The position numbers were made by a program, and so were the translations under genes. From positions 96,001-160,000 of IMG/VR virus record IMGVR_UViG_3300045988_184160: DNA of 64,000 nucleotides. One strand, 5' to 3'. This DNA comes from a virus. This document shows, piece after piece, positions 45,501 to 53,585 of the stretch. Within the stretch, counting starts at the first letter, position 1, and every line of letters starts with the position of its first letter. A model generated the notes under the pieces. That model saw nothing but the letters and a program-made list of their open reading frames with translations. It had not been told where the DNA came from and ran no database searches.

Positions 45501-46217
45501 GAGCTGGGCGCGACCTTCAACTACAAGCTGAACTCTTCGACCCTCCCGTCGAACCGCGCATCTGATGCAACCTCATGGTCCATCACCGACAAGTACGACG
45601 TGAAACACGACCAGTACGAGGGTAACTTCGAGGTGTTCTCACGCGCCCCGATCTTCGGTGAGAACGGTGAGAAGATCGTCGATACTGACGGTAACATCAC
45701 CAAGTACTTTACCCAGGAGATCGACGCTAAGAACGGCACCGTGAAGTATGTTGCTTCTGAGGATTTCTTGAAGCTCATGAACCTTGACGCGAACAAGAAG
45801 CAGGATCAGGGTTTCACTGTTTACATGCAAGCTACCCGCATCGCTGACGGTGAGAAGATTGAGAACACCTTCGTGGAGAACTTCAACGGTAACGACCTCG
45901 TATCCAACACTGTTGTGACTAACACCCCGAAGCCTCCCGCCCCGCAGGAAGACAACCCTCCTGCCGAGCCGACACCGGAGCCTACTCCCCCACCAGCCCC
46001 GAGCACCCCGCCTGCACCTACCCCCGCACCGAATGATCCTCCTCAGCCTAATAAGCAGGAGTGGCACACCGGTGAGGGTGGCAATAGTGGCGTGACCTTC
46101 GGTTACGGACTGCTCGCGGCTGGTTCGGCTACTGCGGTCACTGTGCTGAGTGTTTCGACTGCTAAGGCGCGTCGTAAGCGTAAGGCTGCTGATGTTTCGG
46201 TGTCTTCCGGTGAGTAG
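42504..46217 (+). CDS. Cell-wall-associated adhesin: Ala/Lys-rich coiled coil + vWA domain + repeated isopeptide/Ig-like adhesin domains + Pro-rich wall spacer
   Basis: 1237 aa from ATG 42504 (GAGGA RBS). Signal peptide (LTGITLFSTITSTVVANA). vWA MIDAS motif DLDLSNS (43137..43157) and ILISDG. Four repeats carry a DVT-x-x-F signature. PxP spacer. C-terminal EWHTG, then a hydrophobic helix and RRKRK. Confidence 0.85.
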   Translation: MRKTTLRNALCATTLTGITLFSTITSTVVANAAPTTNQSAAAYQQTNTQIPLDDSAFEQAKKDAEAQGFTVNVTEDPTVTESGNLEQAKKDAQAKLDAAKKNIEDAVAKWKQEDGAAQAAHQAGSAKIKAAEDRLKQAVQSAKDANLVVTSGDTQNITNYDEAAAAMIKQAEAIEKATAEKVKLDQARAAARKVQPNAGAMPTCNPVTVAVDLDLSNSFTNDEVRQEAEAAKRTILTLSKTGANVVLNTFALTSPVDWAKGENPYGSHGEIKPIVANHQTKFDLSKPDEVAKAMYWLDHITKGTDENGNPAINVPKEGNWGDVVSNFQTAGTNYEAALKANREFAKANGIHFTNIILISDGAPTHFNVNPKTLTGEQGNFDPTSWSSRDALDAAKVVADEFEREGTAVIPVMVADPDAEAFATGGQDALIAQMKQMANVRDGIDPESVGLFFYARDMDELSKKIEDGVNVTCATFEARDIKVPPTTVDKPVINVAKPSLAAKNISPDKVADNEGKTVLAGQSTTQHVTGHTGYRTLDAFAIGDSYRWVKDADGSWRNPVATDLSKVTVTDEAGQDVTSLFKIDQVDGVGPDGVKVHSVVAEATTEGLAQLKLNHKYTLHVTATALDDGHVDEQVDYGFSIVNDNFVYTTDHSYREYIPMPRKTVNTSDGVDASGKTMLPGQALTYKIELDADKFTPKDLAEKLESLGAEDEYDHNYFTPDGSYRVTASDGTDVTSDFEFNADENGKATLKAKADRVEALTAMGTDFTWELPGVVKNDAKPGEFSNTAAQLTNGHRVQTNTVKNVVPKVEPHKFDLSPVDGSNINGKSVVVGDTLNYALVGDASNLNNTAYNVSKFGHRDDYDQEHVAIQKDAVKVFKVPGNTDTSNVNTLHKLATAGEDVTDQFDMNDDGDNFTLTMKTTEKDGKQVLVGEMGVKYIYFLPAKVIKNTNADIPNTSWQIVNNDEHVTETVVNPLKKIEPSKDIVVDHEHAKDSLNGKTIELGATFNYKLNSSTLPSNRASDATSWSITDKYDVKHDQYEGNFEVFSRAPIFGENGEKIVDTDGNITKYFTQEIDAKNGTVKYVASEDFLKLMNLDANKKQDQGFTVYMQATRIADGEKIENTFVENFNGNDLVSNTVVTNTPKPPAPQEDNPPAEPTPEPTPPPAPSTPPAPTPAPNDPPQPNKQEWHTGEGGNSGVTFGYGLLAAGSATAVTVLSVSTAKARRKRKAADVSVSSGE

Positions 46218-46280
46218 TTTATTCACTGGTGTGACCCGCAGGGTTTCCTGCTAGTGCTGATGTGAGCTAGTATGGAAATG

Positions 46281-46328
46281 GTGACGCCCCACATGCATCA
46301 ACCCAACGTAGGGCATGTGGGGCGTCAC
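46281..46328 (+). other. Perfect 16-bp stem-loop after the adhesin gene (possible terminator without a U-tract)
   Basis: GTGACGCCCCACATGC (46281..46296) / GCATGTGGGGCGTCAC (46313..46328). Confidence 0.5.
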
Positions 46329-46344
46329 TAACTCACAATGGAGT

Positions 46345-46495
46345 GCGGGGCGAGAATAGGCTGTTTCTGCTATCTTTTTCTTGTAGCAATCTACCCACCC
46401 AGTTCATGGAGGAGAATATTTGTGTGTTTCTCTCTCTTGTTCTGGTGCTACAAGGTTGAGTGGTAGCGGGCGTGGCTTTATTCTCGCCCCGTTAT
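46345..46495 (+). other. Structured intergenic element (nested inverted repeats) upstream of the sortase gene
   Basis: Outer perfect 13-bp pairing of 46346..46358 (CGGGGCGAGAATA) with 46479..46491 (TATTCTCGCCCCG), followed by TTATTATTATTT. Inner 9-bp stem CTTGTAGCA (46380..46388) / TGCTACAAG (46446..46454). Confidence 0.3.
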
Positions 46496-46548
46496 TATTA
46501 TTTATATCATGTGGAGCCTCTGGTTGTGGGTGAAGGTTCCCTTATTGT

Positions 46549-47409
46549 TTGTGTGGAAGGATTATTGTTTTGGGTTCTGACGTGCGTGTTTCCCCCGTGT
46601 TATCGGGGTTCCGACGGGTTGGGTGGTTGAAGTTTTTCCTGATCCTGTTGGGCGTGTCGCTTGCTGGTGGTGCCGTATGGTTATTCACTGCGGGGGGTGC
46701 TAAAGTCACTAGGGATGGTGTCACGGTCCCCGAGTCCACGATCTACAAGGTACTCCCACCAGACGGTGTACACCCCTACACGCGCCCAGACGGGCATAAA
46801 GTGTGGGACAGGACCAGTGAAGGGAAAATGAGCGTCTGGGACGGCTCAGACCGCCTCTACGCACCCGACCTGCCAGAAGCCATACACGCAACCTGCGACA
46901 CCACACCCAAAAACGAAACCACCACCACACCAAACACCTGGGCAATACCCCAACTCAACCAAACCGCGAAAGTAACCACCAGCGGACACAACGGGCAACT
47001 CATCGAACTACCCTTCAACAACGCTGGTGACGGGACCATGTACGCAGACGGAGCGAAACTCGGTGCGACACAAGGGGCGATACTGGAAGGCGGGCACGTC
47101 AACAAAGCACCCGACCTGTCCCTATCACCCTGGGGGTACCTGCACAAACTCAAAGGCTGCGAACACATCTACCAAGCAGACGCGACAGGTAAAACCCACG
47201 AGTACGTAGTGACCGACGTGTGGACCGTGCCCCACGAGAAACTAGTAGACACCGAAGTCTACCGGACGGACGGGGAACCAGCACTGTACATGGTGACCTG
47301 CTCAGGCCCGCGCGTAGGTGATAGCGGTGAAACAGCTGATGGTGGAACCGCTAGTCTGGGGTTTTATCAGGATAACCTGATTGTGAAGGCTGTACCCGTA
47401 TTGCGGTAG
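46549..47409 (+). CDS. Sortase-family transpeptidase (class E/F-like), probably dedicated to the adjacent adhesin
   Basis: 286 aa, start uncertain (TTG 46549). N-terminal TM anchor (FFLILLGVSLAGGAVWLF). His motif in AILEGGHVN and a TLxTC-like Cys motif LYMVTCSG. I could not place the conserved Arg (YQDNLIVKA sits where DNR is expected). Confidence 0.7.
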   Translation: MCGRIIVLGSDVRVSPVLSGFRRVGWLKFFLILLGVSLAGGAVWLFTAGGAKVTRDGVTVPESTIYKVLPPDGVHPYTRPDGHKVWDRTSEGKMSVWDGSDRLYAPDLPEAIHATCDTTPKNETTTTPNTWAIPQLNQTAKVTTSGHNGQLIELPFNNAGDGTMYADGAKLGATQGAILEGGHVNKAPDLSLSPWGYLHKLKGCEHIYQADATGKTHEYVVTDVWTVPHEKLVDTEVYRTDGEPALYMVTCSGPRVGDSGETADGGTASLGFYQDNLIVKAVPVLR

Positions 47410-47512
47410 CATGTTTTTATAGTGTGGGGCTGGGTTTTATTCTCAATGGGTGTGCATGTTCTAATAGGGGTAGAAGATACGCCCACCCTAGAAAGGAATG
47501 ATTAGAGTATGA

Positions 47513-49033
47513 CTATTCCTTGGGGTAAACCACATCTACTGTATTCTTAGTAGTCTGGGTATCCGCTGGATTTGTCGTGCCGCTGTTTGTCTGAAACCAT
47601 TTCATGTGGTCCACCGCAGAAACCCTAATGTCTGCGGGGCACATCCTTACGCTCACCTCCCTCCTAGGGGCAGGGGTGCGGGTCTTTTTCTGGTTTTGTG
47701 GAGCCTTAGGTGTGGGGCGGTTCTTCGTACCAGGGTGTTTCAGAGGCTTCACGTGGCACTTTGATCTTCTAATACGTTTGGTCTTTGTTGCGTGTCGTTT
47801 CCTGGTTTGGCATGCCTTGGAGTGGTTTGCTTTTTGGGCGATGTTCGCGGCGGCGTTGATGTCTCGGTGGTGTGTGATGTTGCATGAGTTGCACACGGGG
47901 TTACGGTAGTCGCTTGTGTCAAGTTTTGTCTGGCAGATATAGCATCTTTGGGAAGTGTATGCTGCTTTGACCTTCAGAACCCTTCCGCCGTCGGACTCAA
48001 GCATGTCACGTGTACGCCTGTACACCTCACCTCTGAACCATCTACCGAACTTCATGGTGTTACTAATGTGGGAGAGGTCTTCGAAGACCACTAGAGCATT
48101 GCCGTATCTCCAAGCTGTGTCCGCAATCTCTTGGGCAATAAGTATGCTCAGCTCCTTACGCCGGTTTGACAGGTGCTCTCTGTGAGGAACAGCTTCATCG
48201 TCCCTACCCTGCCGTTTCAAGGACGCGATCTGGGTCTGTGTCCTCTTGATTTTATTATGTAGAGAACGTACCCTCTGACCGAGGATAGACTGCTCAACAA
48301 TCTCTTCCTTGGTGCTGTCCCAGACCACATAGGTTGCTGGGGTAGTAACTCCAACATCCACACCAATAATGTATCTGGGTGAGAACTCTGGGCGGGCAGG
48401 ATCCACTGTGCCGTGAAACCCGAAAACTACTCGGTCCTGACTGTCAATCCAGATATCTGGAACACCAAGTCTAACTCCCTCTTCCAGGAGTTGAGGTGGT
48501 GTCGGGAAATATAGTGTCACCCACTGCCCCTGGACGACCATTTCAAGAACGATACGCTCACCAGTGAAACTTATACGCCTGTAATACTTGTCCGCAGCTG
48601 ATAACGCGAGTCGTGGTTGCAGCATCTTTGGTTGCGAGCCCCTGACTGTCCTCTTCCATCCGGCAGAGACGTAACCACTATGAGTTTGGTTAGTGACACT
48701 AACCCTAGACGCCCAGGAACGCAGAGCACTTACAGCCCGCTCCTGAAACATCTTCTCCAACCGTGAGGCACCGCTTTTAAACCGTTTCTTCACATCCTCA
48801 GGGAGGAACAGCCCCATTCTACGCCCCGCCTCAGCAGGCTTGTACCTGTCAAAACTGGACACTAGGGCGAGGTTCCGCTCAGTCATCTCCTTCAGAGCGT
48901 AGCGGGTAACTAATTCAGCATCTTTCTTAATGTCATCCAAAACCTTACCCAGATCCAGAGACTCACCGTTCTTACCGAAAGCAGCATGCGGCACCCTCGG
49001 ATATGTGCGAGACACTACTGATCTGGGTGGCAC
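47513..49033 (-). CDS. tnpB: Large TnpB-like RNA-guided nuclease homolog
   Basis: 506 aa. D/E/D motifs in IGVDVGV, VVFEDLS and HRDINAAANI. Zinc ribbon CYICQ...CNSCN. It has a ~100-aa basic C-terminal extension and lacks the OrfB-type N-terminal HTH seen at 1222. Confidence 0.8.
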   Translation of the reverse strand: MPPRSVVSRTYPRVPHAAFGKNGESLDLGKVLDDIKKDAELVTRYALKEMTERNLALVSSFDRYKPAEAGRRMGLFLPEDVKKRFKSGASRLEKMFQERAVSALRSWASRVSVTNQTHSGYVSAGWKRTVRGSQPKMLQPRLALSAADKYYRRISFTGERIVLEMVVQGQWVTLYFPTPPQLLEEGVRLGVPDIWIDSQDRVVFGFHGTVDPARPEFSPRYIIGVDVGVTTPATYVVWDSTKEEIVEQSILGQRVRSLHNKIKRTQTQIASLKRQGRDDEAVPHREHLSNRRKELSILIAQEIADTAWRYGNALVVFEDLSHISNTMKFGRWFRGEVYRRTRDMLESDGGRVLKVKAAYTSQRCYICQTKLDTSDYRNPVCNSCNITHHRDINAAANIAQKANHSKACQTRKRHATKTKRIRRSKCHVKPLKHPGTKNRPTPKAPQNQKKTRTPAPRREVSVRMCPADIRVSAVDHMKWFQTNSGTTNPADTQTTKNTVDVVYPKE

Positions 49034-49389
49034 CTAGTGAGTCTCCCTCCCCTTAACGATTTGACTGATAATGGTATGCATGTATTATAGCGCAAAACAG
49101 ACAAGGGAACACCAACACAAACAGGGTAGCGTAATAATAATTGGTTACAGTGGTATAGACTTCTAGTTAGAGTTTTTCTTACTTCAGTGAGGTTGCGCGC
49201 CCCTGCCGTGTTGGGTGGGGGTGCGCTTCTTTTTTGCTGTTTTGTGTGGTGGACTGGGTACGTGCTCAAGGTATGATAAGGGTGTTTACGTAATATTTTG
49301 GATATTTAGGTAAGAATATGGCATACTGTAAAAAGTCCACGCGGACAACAAGCACCATACGCACAAAACGTTGAAAAGGAAACACGACC

Positions 49390-50304
49390 ATGCTCGCAAC
49401 ACTCACTTGGTGGGGGATCGGGATTATCCTATCCGTAGCTACCATCACCTTACTCATTAATCTGAATATTATAAAAAGAGCGCTTCCTGGGGCGACATCT
49501 CCTGTCGCTCTATACAAATCTATTAGAGCCGCTAGCAATCTTATCCCCACCCTCGCATTTATTGGGTTTAATATATATGCGATTGTTTTATTGGGAGCGC
49601 GAGTAGTCATTATTGCGCCAGTAAGCATAATGGCAGCAATAGTTCTGTTCTTTTTCTCGACATTCACAAGCGATATAGAAGAACTCTGTGCGGTTAAAGA
49701 GGAGCCTGATAGTACTGCCTCAGCTTTGAGTCCCAGTATTGTATTAACTGCAACATATGTAATTGCAATATTTATCATTTTTAATCTATTTACTCTACCA
49801 TTACCTTACTCAAGCGTAGGGCACGAAGAAACATATACTACTGTTACTGAAAAATCATCTAAGAACACCCTAGTACGCTCTAAACTTATTGAGCAGAACA
49901 CCCAGCACACAGAAGCAGATGGTGAAACGTTCCTTGGTGCTGGTTCGTTCACGATGCGCTCTGATAGTGATTTGAAGATCTACCATGTGTGGCAGGAGCG
50001 TGACGCATCCGGTGTGCTCCACGTGAACACCGCGCAGGATGGTGAAGGTAAGGATGAGAAGAAACGAGACAAAGCCGTCATCAAAGACGATGTGCCCAAA
50101 GGCACCGAACCATACGTTGAGCGTATCCCCGTCTACGAAACAGACCCGCTGTTCGTCCAAGAAAACAACGGGAAGCTCTGCGTCGAAAACCAAGACACCA
50201 ACTGCCGCGTAAACGCGAAGCATCTTTACGACAAGGTTATTATTCACGTACCTGCAGGCTCCGTCGTACCAAGCGTAGACCCGAACCTGCCTGTAGCTAA
50301 ATAG
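49390..50304 (+). CDS. Membrane protein (N-terminal polytopic, C-terminal soluble domain)
   Basis: 304 aa, RBS AAGGA. 4-5 hydrophobic helices in the first ~140 aa, then a hydrophilic domain. Confidence 0.6.
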   Translation: MLATLTWWGIGIILSVATITLLINLNIIKRALPGATSPVALYKSIRAASNLIPTLAFIGFNIYAIVLLGARVVIIAPVSIMAAIVLFFFSTFTSDIEELCAVKEEPDSTASALSPSIVLTATYVIAIFIIFNLFTLPLPYSSVGHEETYTTVTEKSSKNTLVRSKLIEQNTQHTEADGETFLGAGSFTMRSDSDLKIYHVWQERDASGVLHVNTAQDGEGKDEKKRDKAVIKDDVPKGTEPYVERIPVYETDPLFVQENNGKLCVENQDTNCRVNAKHLYDKVIIHVPAGSVVPSVDPNLPVAK

Positions 50305-50320
50305 TAGAGAAGAGAGAATA

Positions 50321-51181
50321 ATGAAAGCTCAGATCCTTATTTTCGACAACATCAACCTACACACCCCAGAAAACGGGGAACAAACCAATACCCCACCAGT
50401 AGCAGCCTGTAAAACACCAGACGCTACAAATGGCGTACTGGATGCAGTGGCTAGCCTACTTACTGAGGGCGCTTCGGGGCAATATGCAGGTATTGTGTTA
50501 CGCAGCAAATCAGTTAGCTCTACTAGCGGCGATACGGAACTCTCTGACACTAACGCGCATGATGCGTTGTTAGGGGAGCTTGAAGCACTAGGTGCCCCAA
50601 AGAAACCATATGTCACACCATCCTACGCTATCACTGTCGGAGAAAAGTACAGTAAACCACAGATACTAGAAATACCCGAATACGGGTACTTCGCGGCAAG
50701 GATTGTCAATGGTTTCAACGTTAGAACTTCTGATGGGTCGAATAACGATTCAGTTTATGATTTGTTCCTGCTGACTAGTATTTTCCCGGTTTCTATAGGC
50801 GAAGAAGAAAAAACTTTGAACCTCAACAACCAGAATTTTAAGGGCGAAATACTCAACCTGAACATTGAAGCTCAAGAAGCCCAACTGACTGGTAAAACTT
50901 GGTATAAGGTCACTGGTCTTGAACTAGGGAAAGACGAAATCTCAACCTACCTTTTCACCCCATACACTGGTGACTATTCACCACCCAAGGAGAGTGTAGC
51001 CATTGAAGAAGGATACGCATATGAAGAAAAAGTATCTCTTCTCTACAATGCTGGTATTATCACTGGTGAAGAAACTGACCGTTACACTACAAGTTGTATA
51101 AACGACCCAGGGCCAAGCTACATATACTATCGTCTAACAGCTCAGGCCCTTGAATATGCTCACCGGAAGCAGGGAAGCTAA
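50321..51181 (+). CDS. Hypothetical protein
   Basis: 286-aa ORF, 16 nt after the previous stop. Ends in ...LTAQALEYAHRKQGS, resembling the repeat-initial motif of the next gene. Confidence 0.6.
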   Translation: MKAQILIFDNINLHTPENGEQTNTPPVAACKTPDATNGVLDAVASLLTEGASGQYAGIVLRSKSVSSTSGDTELSDTNAHDALLGELEALGAPKKPYVTPSYAITVGEKYSKPQILEIPEYGYFAARIVNGFNVRTSDGSNNDSVYDLFLLTSIFPVSIGEEEKTLNLNNQNFKGEILNLNIEAQEAQLTGKTWYKVTGLELGKDEISTYLFTPYTGDYSPPKESVAIEEGYAYEEKVSLLYNAGIITGEETDRYTTSCINDPGPSYIYYRLTAQALEYAHRKQGS

Positions 51182-51231
51182 TTGTGTTGAGTGTGAAGAT
51201 GAAGTTTCTGAGAACTAGTTGGAGGTGACCT

Positions 51232-52605
51232 GTGGTCTTAGTAAACCCTGTTCAAAATCAGGAAGAACCGCTGGGTGTCGCTATTGGTTTCTATGAGACT
51301 GGGTACCCCAGCATTACCCTGCGTGATGAGCATGGGGATAGGTGCCTCACGGTGGATTATCGGGGGTATGTTCCTAATCTGCATATTGCTGTTCCAAGGA
51401 AGTCAAATACTGATATTGAGCTTCTACGCGAAAAAGGAGTTATACGCTCCTGCAACCCTGTAAAGACGGACTTTCAAGGTGGGGAACCAGTAGGGGTTTT
51501 CCCCCTTACTCGGAGGTGCGTGCTTGAGGTTTTCTCGGCGGTTACGGATCACTGTTCTTGTGTGCCTCAGGTGGATATAGATTTGGTGTCTTTAGAGGGA
51601 TGCTCCGTTAGAGGTCCTTTTAGGGTCTCCTATCAGAAGCAGCTTCGAAATAGTGCAGCTGCGGACACTGTAAACACAGAGGCCCCCGCCAAGGGGTATG
51701 GTGAGATAAACATCCTAGAATATGCCCTAGAAAAAGCACAGGAACGCTGGGGAAGTAGCAGTGATATTGGCATACTTATCGCACAAGACGGAGACAACCA
51801 AGAACGCACTAACCTAGCACGGTGCGCCCAAGAAAATCTGTATACCCTAATTGTTGAAGAGCTTACCACACGGTGCGGACTGGGACTTGAGGGGCAATAT
51901 TTCTTCGAAGATGACTGGAACGCACTGAAACGTATGATCCGTCAAGGCAAGGTTCCCCCTATCAGGTTGGGGGATGATGTGTGGGAGATCAGGTACTATG
52001 AATCCCCGCTGGAACGTCAAGACCCTTACTATAATGACTGGCACTATCGGTATGATTGCCTCGGGTTGCACCAAATCGAAAAACTGCGGGGCGGACAGTC
52101 TCAGCCTGATACAGGAAAAATTGAGTTCAAGCTTCTTACTAAGAAAAGCGGGATACTGCCGCGCGTAAACCAAAACCACGTGGAGCACGATACGGTTAGT
52201 AAGTTCACGATACGCAATGTAACTGAACACCCCGGAAGTATCATTGAATACGCTGTTCAATGCGGGCGTAATATCGGACTTTCTCCCAATAATATTCGGC
52301 TCGTTGTGGGTGAAACACCTGCGGATAAAAGTGTTATCAGCAATAATATTATTAGTAAGGTAGTGGAAGAACTCACAGAGAAACAGGGGTTCACCGCTCC
52401 GGTAATCGACTATAAGAGTAACCCTTTGGGGTACCTGAGGGAACTCGTTGCCACGAACAAGAACACACCTATTGAATTGCCCTCTGGCAAATGGGTGCTC
52501 GCACTTACGGAAGAAACACGCCCAGAAAGAAGGCTGCAGAACGGTCTGATACAGGGATTTTATAAGCAGTATCATGTCTTGGAACTTACCCAGCAAACAG
52601 GATGA
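51232..52605 (+). CDS. Hypothetical protein with an internal domain duplication
   Basis: 457 aa, GTG start after GGAGG. Segments ILEYALEKAQ...IVEELTTRCGLG...PIRLGDDVWEI and IIEYAVQCGR...VVEELTEKQGFT...PIELPSGKWVL align with each other. Confidence 0.6.
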   Translation: MVLVNPVQNQEEPLGVAIGFYETGYPSITLRDEHGDRCLTVDYRGYVPNLHIAVPRKSNTDIELLREKGVIRSCNPVKTDFQGGEPVGVFPLTRRCVLEVFSAVTDHCSCVPQVDIDLVSLEGCSVRGPFRVSYQKQLRNSAAADTVNTEAPAKGYGEINILEYALEKAQERWGSSSDIGILIAQDGDNQERTNLARCAQENLYTLIVEELTTRCGLGLEGQYFFEDDWNALKRMIRQGKVPPIRLGDDVWEIRYYESPLERQDPYYNDWHYRYDCLGLHQIEKLRGGQSQPDTGKIEFKLLTKKSGILPRVNQNHVEHDTVSKFTIRNVTEHPGSIIEYAVQCGRNIGLSPNNIRLVVGETPADKSVISNNIISKVVEELTEKQGFTAPVIDYKSNPLGYLRELVATNKNTPIELPSGKWVLALTEETRPERRLQNGLIQGFYKQYHVLELTQQTG

Positions 52606-52657
52606 TGAATAATATTTGAAGGAATTGTTGGTTTCTATTTTAGGAAGGAAATACGCC

Positions 52658-53581
52658 ATGAACGATACACAGGATACGGTGAAGCCCTCGGGTGATGAGG
52701 GTGGGGCTGTGGATGATTCTCTGGACCATCTTATTATGATGTTTTTCAAGCTTGTTAGTGTCGTGATTCTAGGATTACTAGCTGTATCCCCAATATTGTT
52801 TGCACAGATCTTCTGGGGTTTCACTCATAAAGAGTTTCTTTACCTGCTGGGTGAGGGACCTTTGGCGGTAGTTCTGTTTGTTACTATTATCATGATCTCA
52901 GTGAGGTTGATTGATAGTTTTAGCCCAGTTCTGAGGAGATTTTATCGTCTAACCGCATGGGTGCTGGTGGGGTGTTTCATTGCGTGCGCCGCTATCGTTG
53001 GTTGGCAGGTCAATGACTCGTCCCATGCTTGTTTCGCGTCTAGTAAGCACGCTGAGCTGCGTGCTATTGGGTGCTCCTATGTTGAAGAAGTTATTGTGGC
53101 GGATCAGGTTTTCTCCTACACGGAGTCGTATCCTCTGAGTAAAGAGGTGGGCGGTAAAACAGTGAACGGAACACTCTATGTTGTGGATGCTGGTTATGAT
53201 GGTGACCGTAAATACGGGCACGGGGATGAAATATTTATCCCCAAAGACGACATGAAAAACAATGGGTACGGTGGGTACAGCGAATCGAAGGACTGGAAAA
53301 AATCCACTGGTATATTCAGCCCAGACAAGGGCACCACTAAACGGTACATCATCCACACCACCAAAACCCAGCTGGTGCGCCCCATCACTGATCCGCAACC
53401 GAACTGGGAAGAAAAAGTTGAGCAACGATTCGGTGAACCAGACAAAGGTGCAGACTATGTTTACATGGGTGAAGTGTTCAAGAACCAACGGAAACACGAG
53501 CTGCAAGGTACTTACCTAGTTGGTGGGGGCACAATGGGGGATCACGTGCTCTGGAACAAGAACTTAGTCGAAGGGAGCTAA
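52658..53581 (+). CDS. Membrane protein with extracytoplasmic C-terminal domain
   Basis: 307 aa from ATG 52658 (RBS AGGAAGGA). Three hydrophobic helices, then a hydrophilic Gly/Lys/Asp-rich domain. Stop is 4 nt before the Panacea-domain gene. Confidence 0.6.
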   Translation: MNDTQDTVKPSGDEGGAVDDSLDHLIMMFFKLVSVVILGLLAVSPILFAQIFWGFTHKEFLYLLGEGPLAVVLFVTIIMISVRLIDSFSPVLRRFYRLTAWVLVGCFIACAAIVGWQVNDSSHACFASSKHAELRAIGCSYVEEVIVADQVFSYTESYPLSKEVGGKTVNGTLYVVDAGYDGDRKYGHGDEIFIPKDDMKNNGYGGYSESKDWKKSTGIFSPDKGTTKRYIIHTTKTQLVRPITDPQPNWEEKVEQRFGEPDKGADYVYMGEVFKNQRKHELQGTYLVGGGTMGDHVLWNKNLVEGS

Positions 53582-53585
53582 AAGC

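Noticed and set aside
43995-46226. Long minus-strand ORFs (313 aa at 43995..44936, 195 aa at 45639..46226) antisense to the adhesin gene
   Set aside because: The sense frame has a signal peptide, vWA motifs, repeats and a sorting signal. The antisense frames show no start context or motifs.
51847-52824. 325-aa minus-strand ORF overlapping 51232..52605 and 52658..53581
   Set aside because: It spans two well-supported plus-strand genes with SDs and has no RBS or recognisable features. Likely a chance open frame in an AT-richer stretch.
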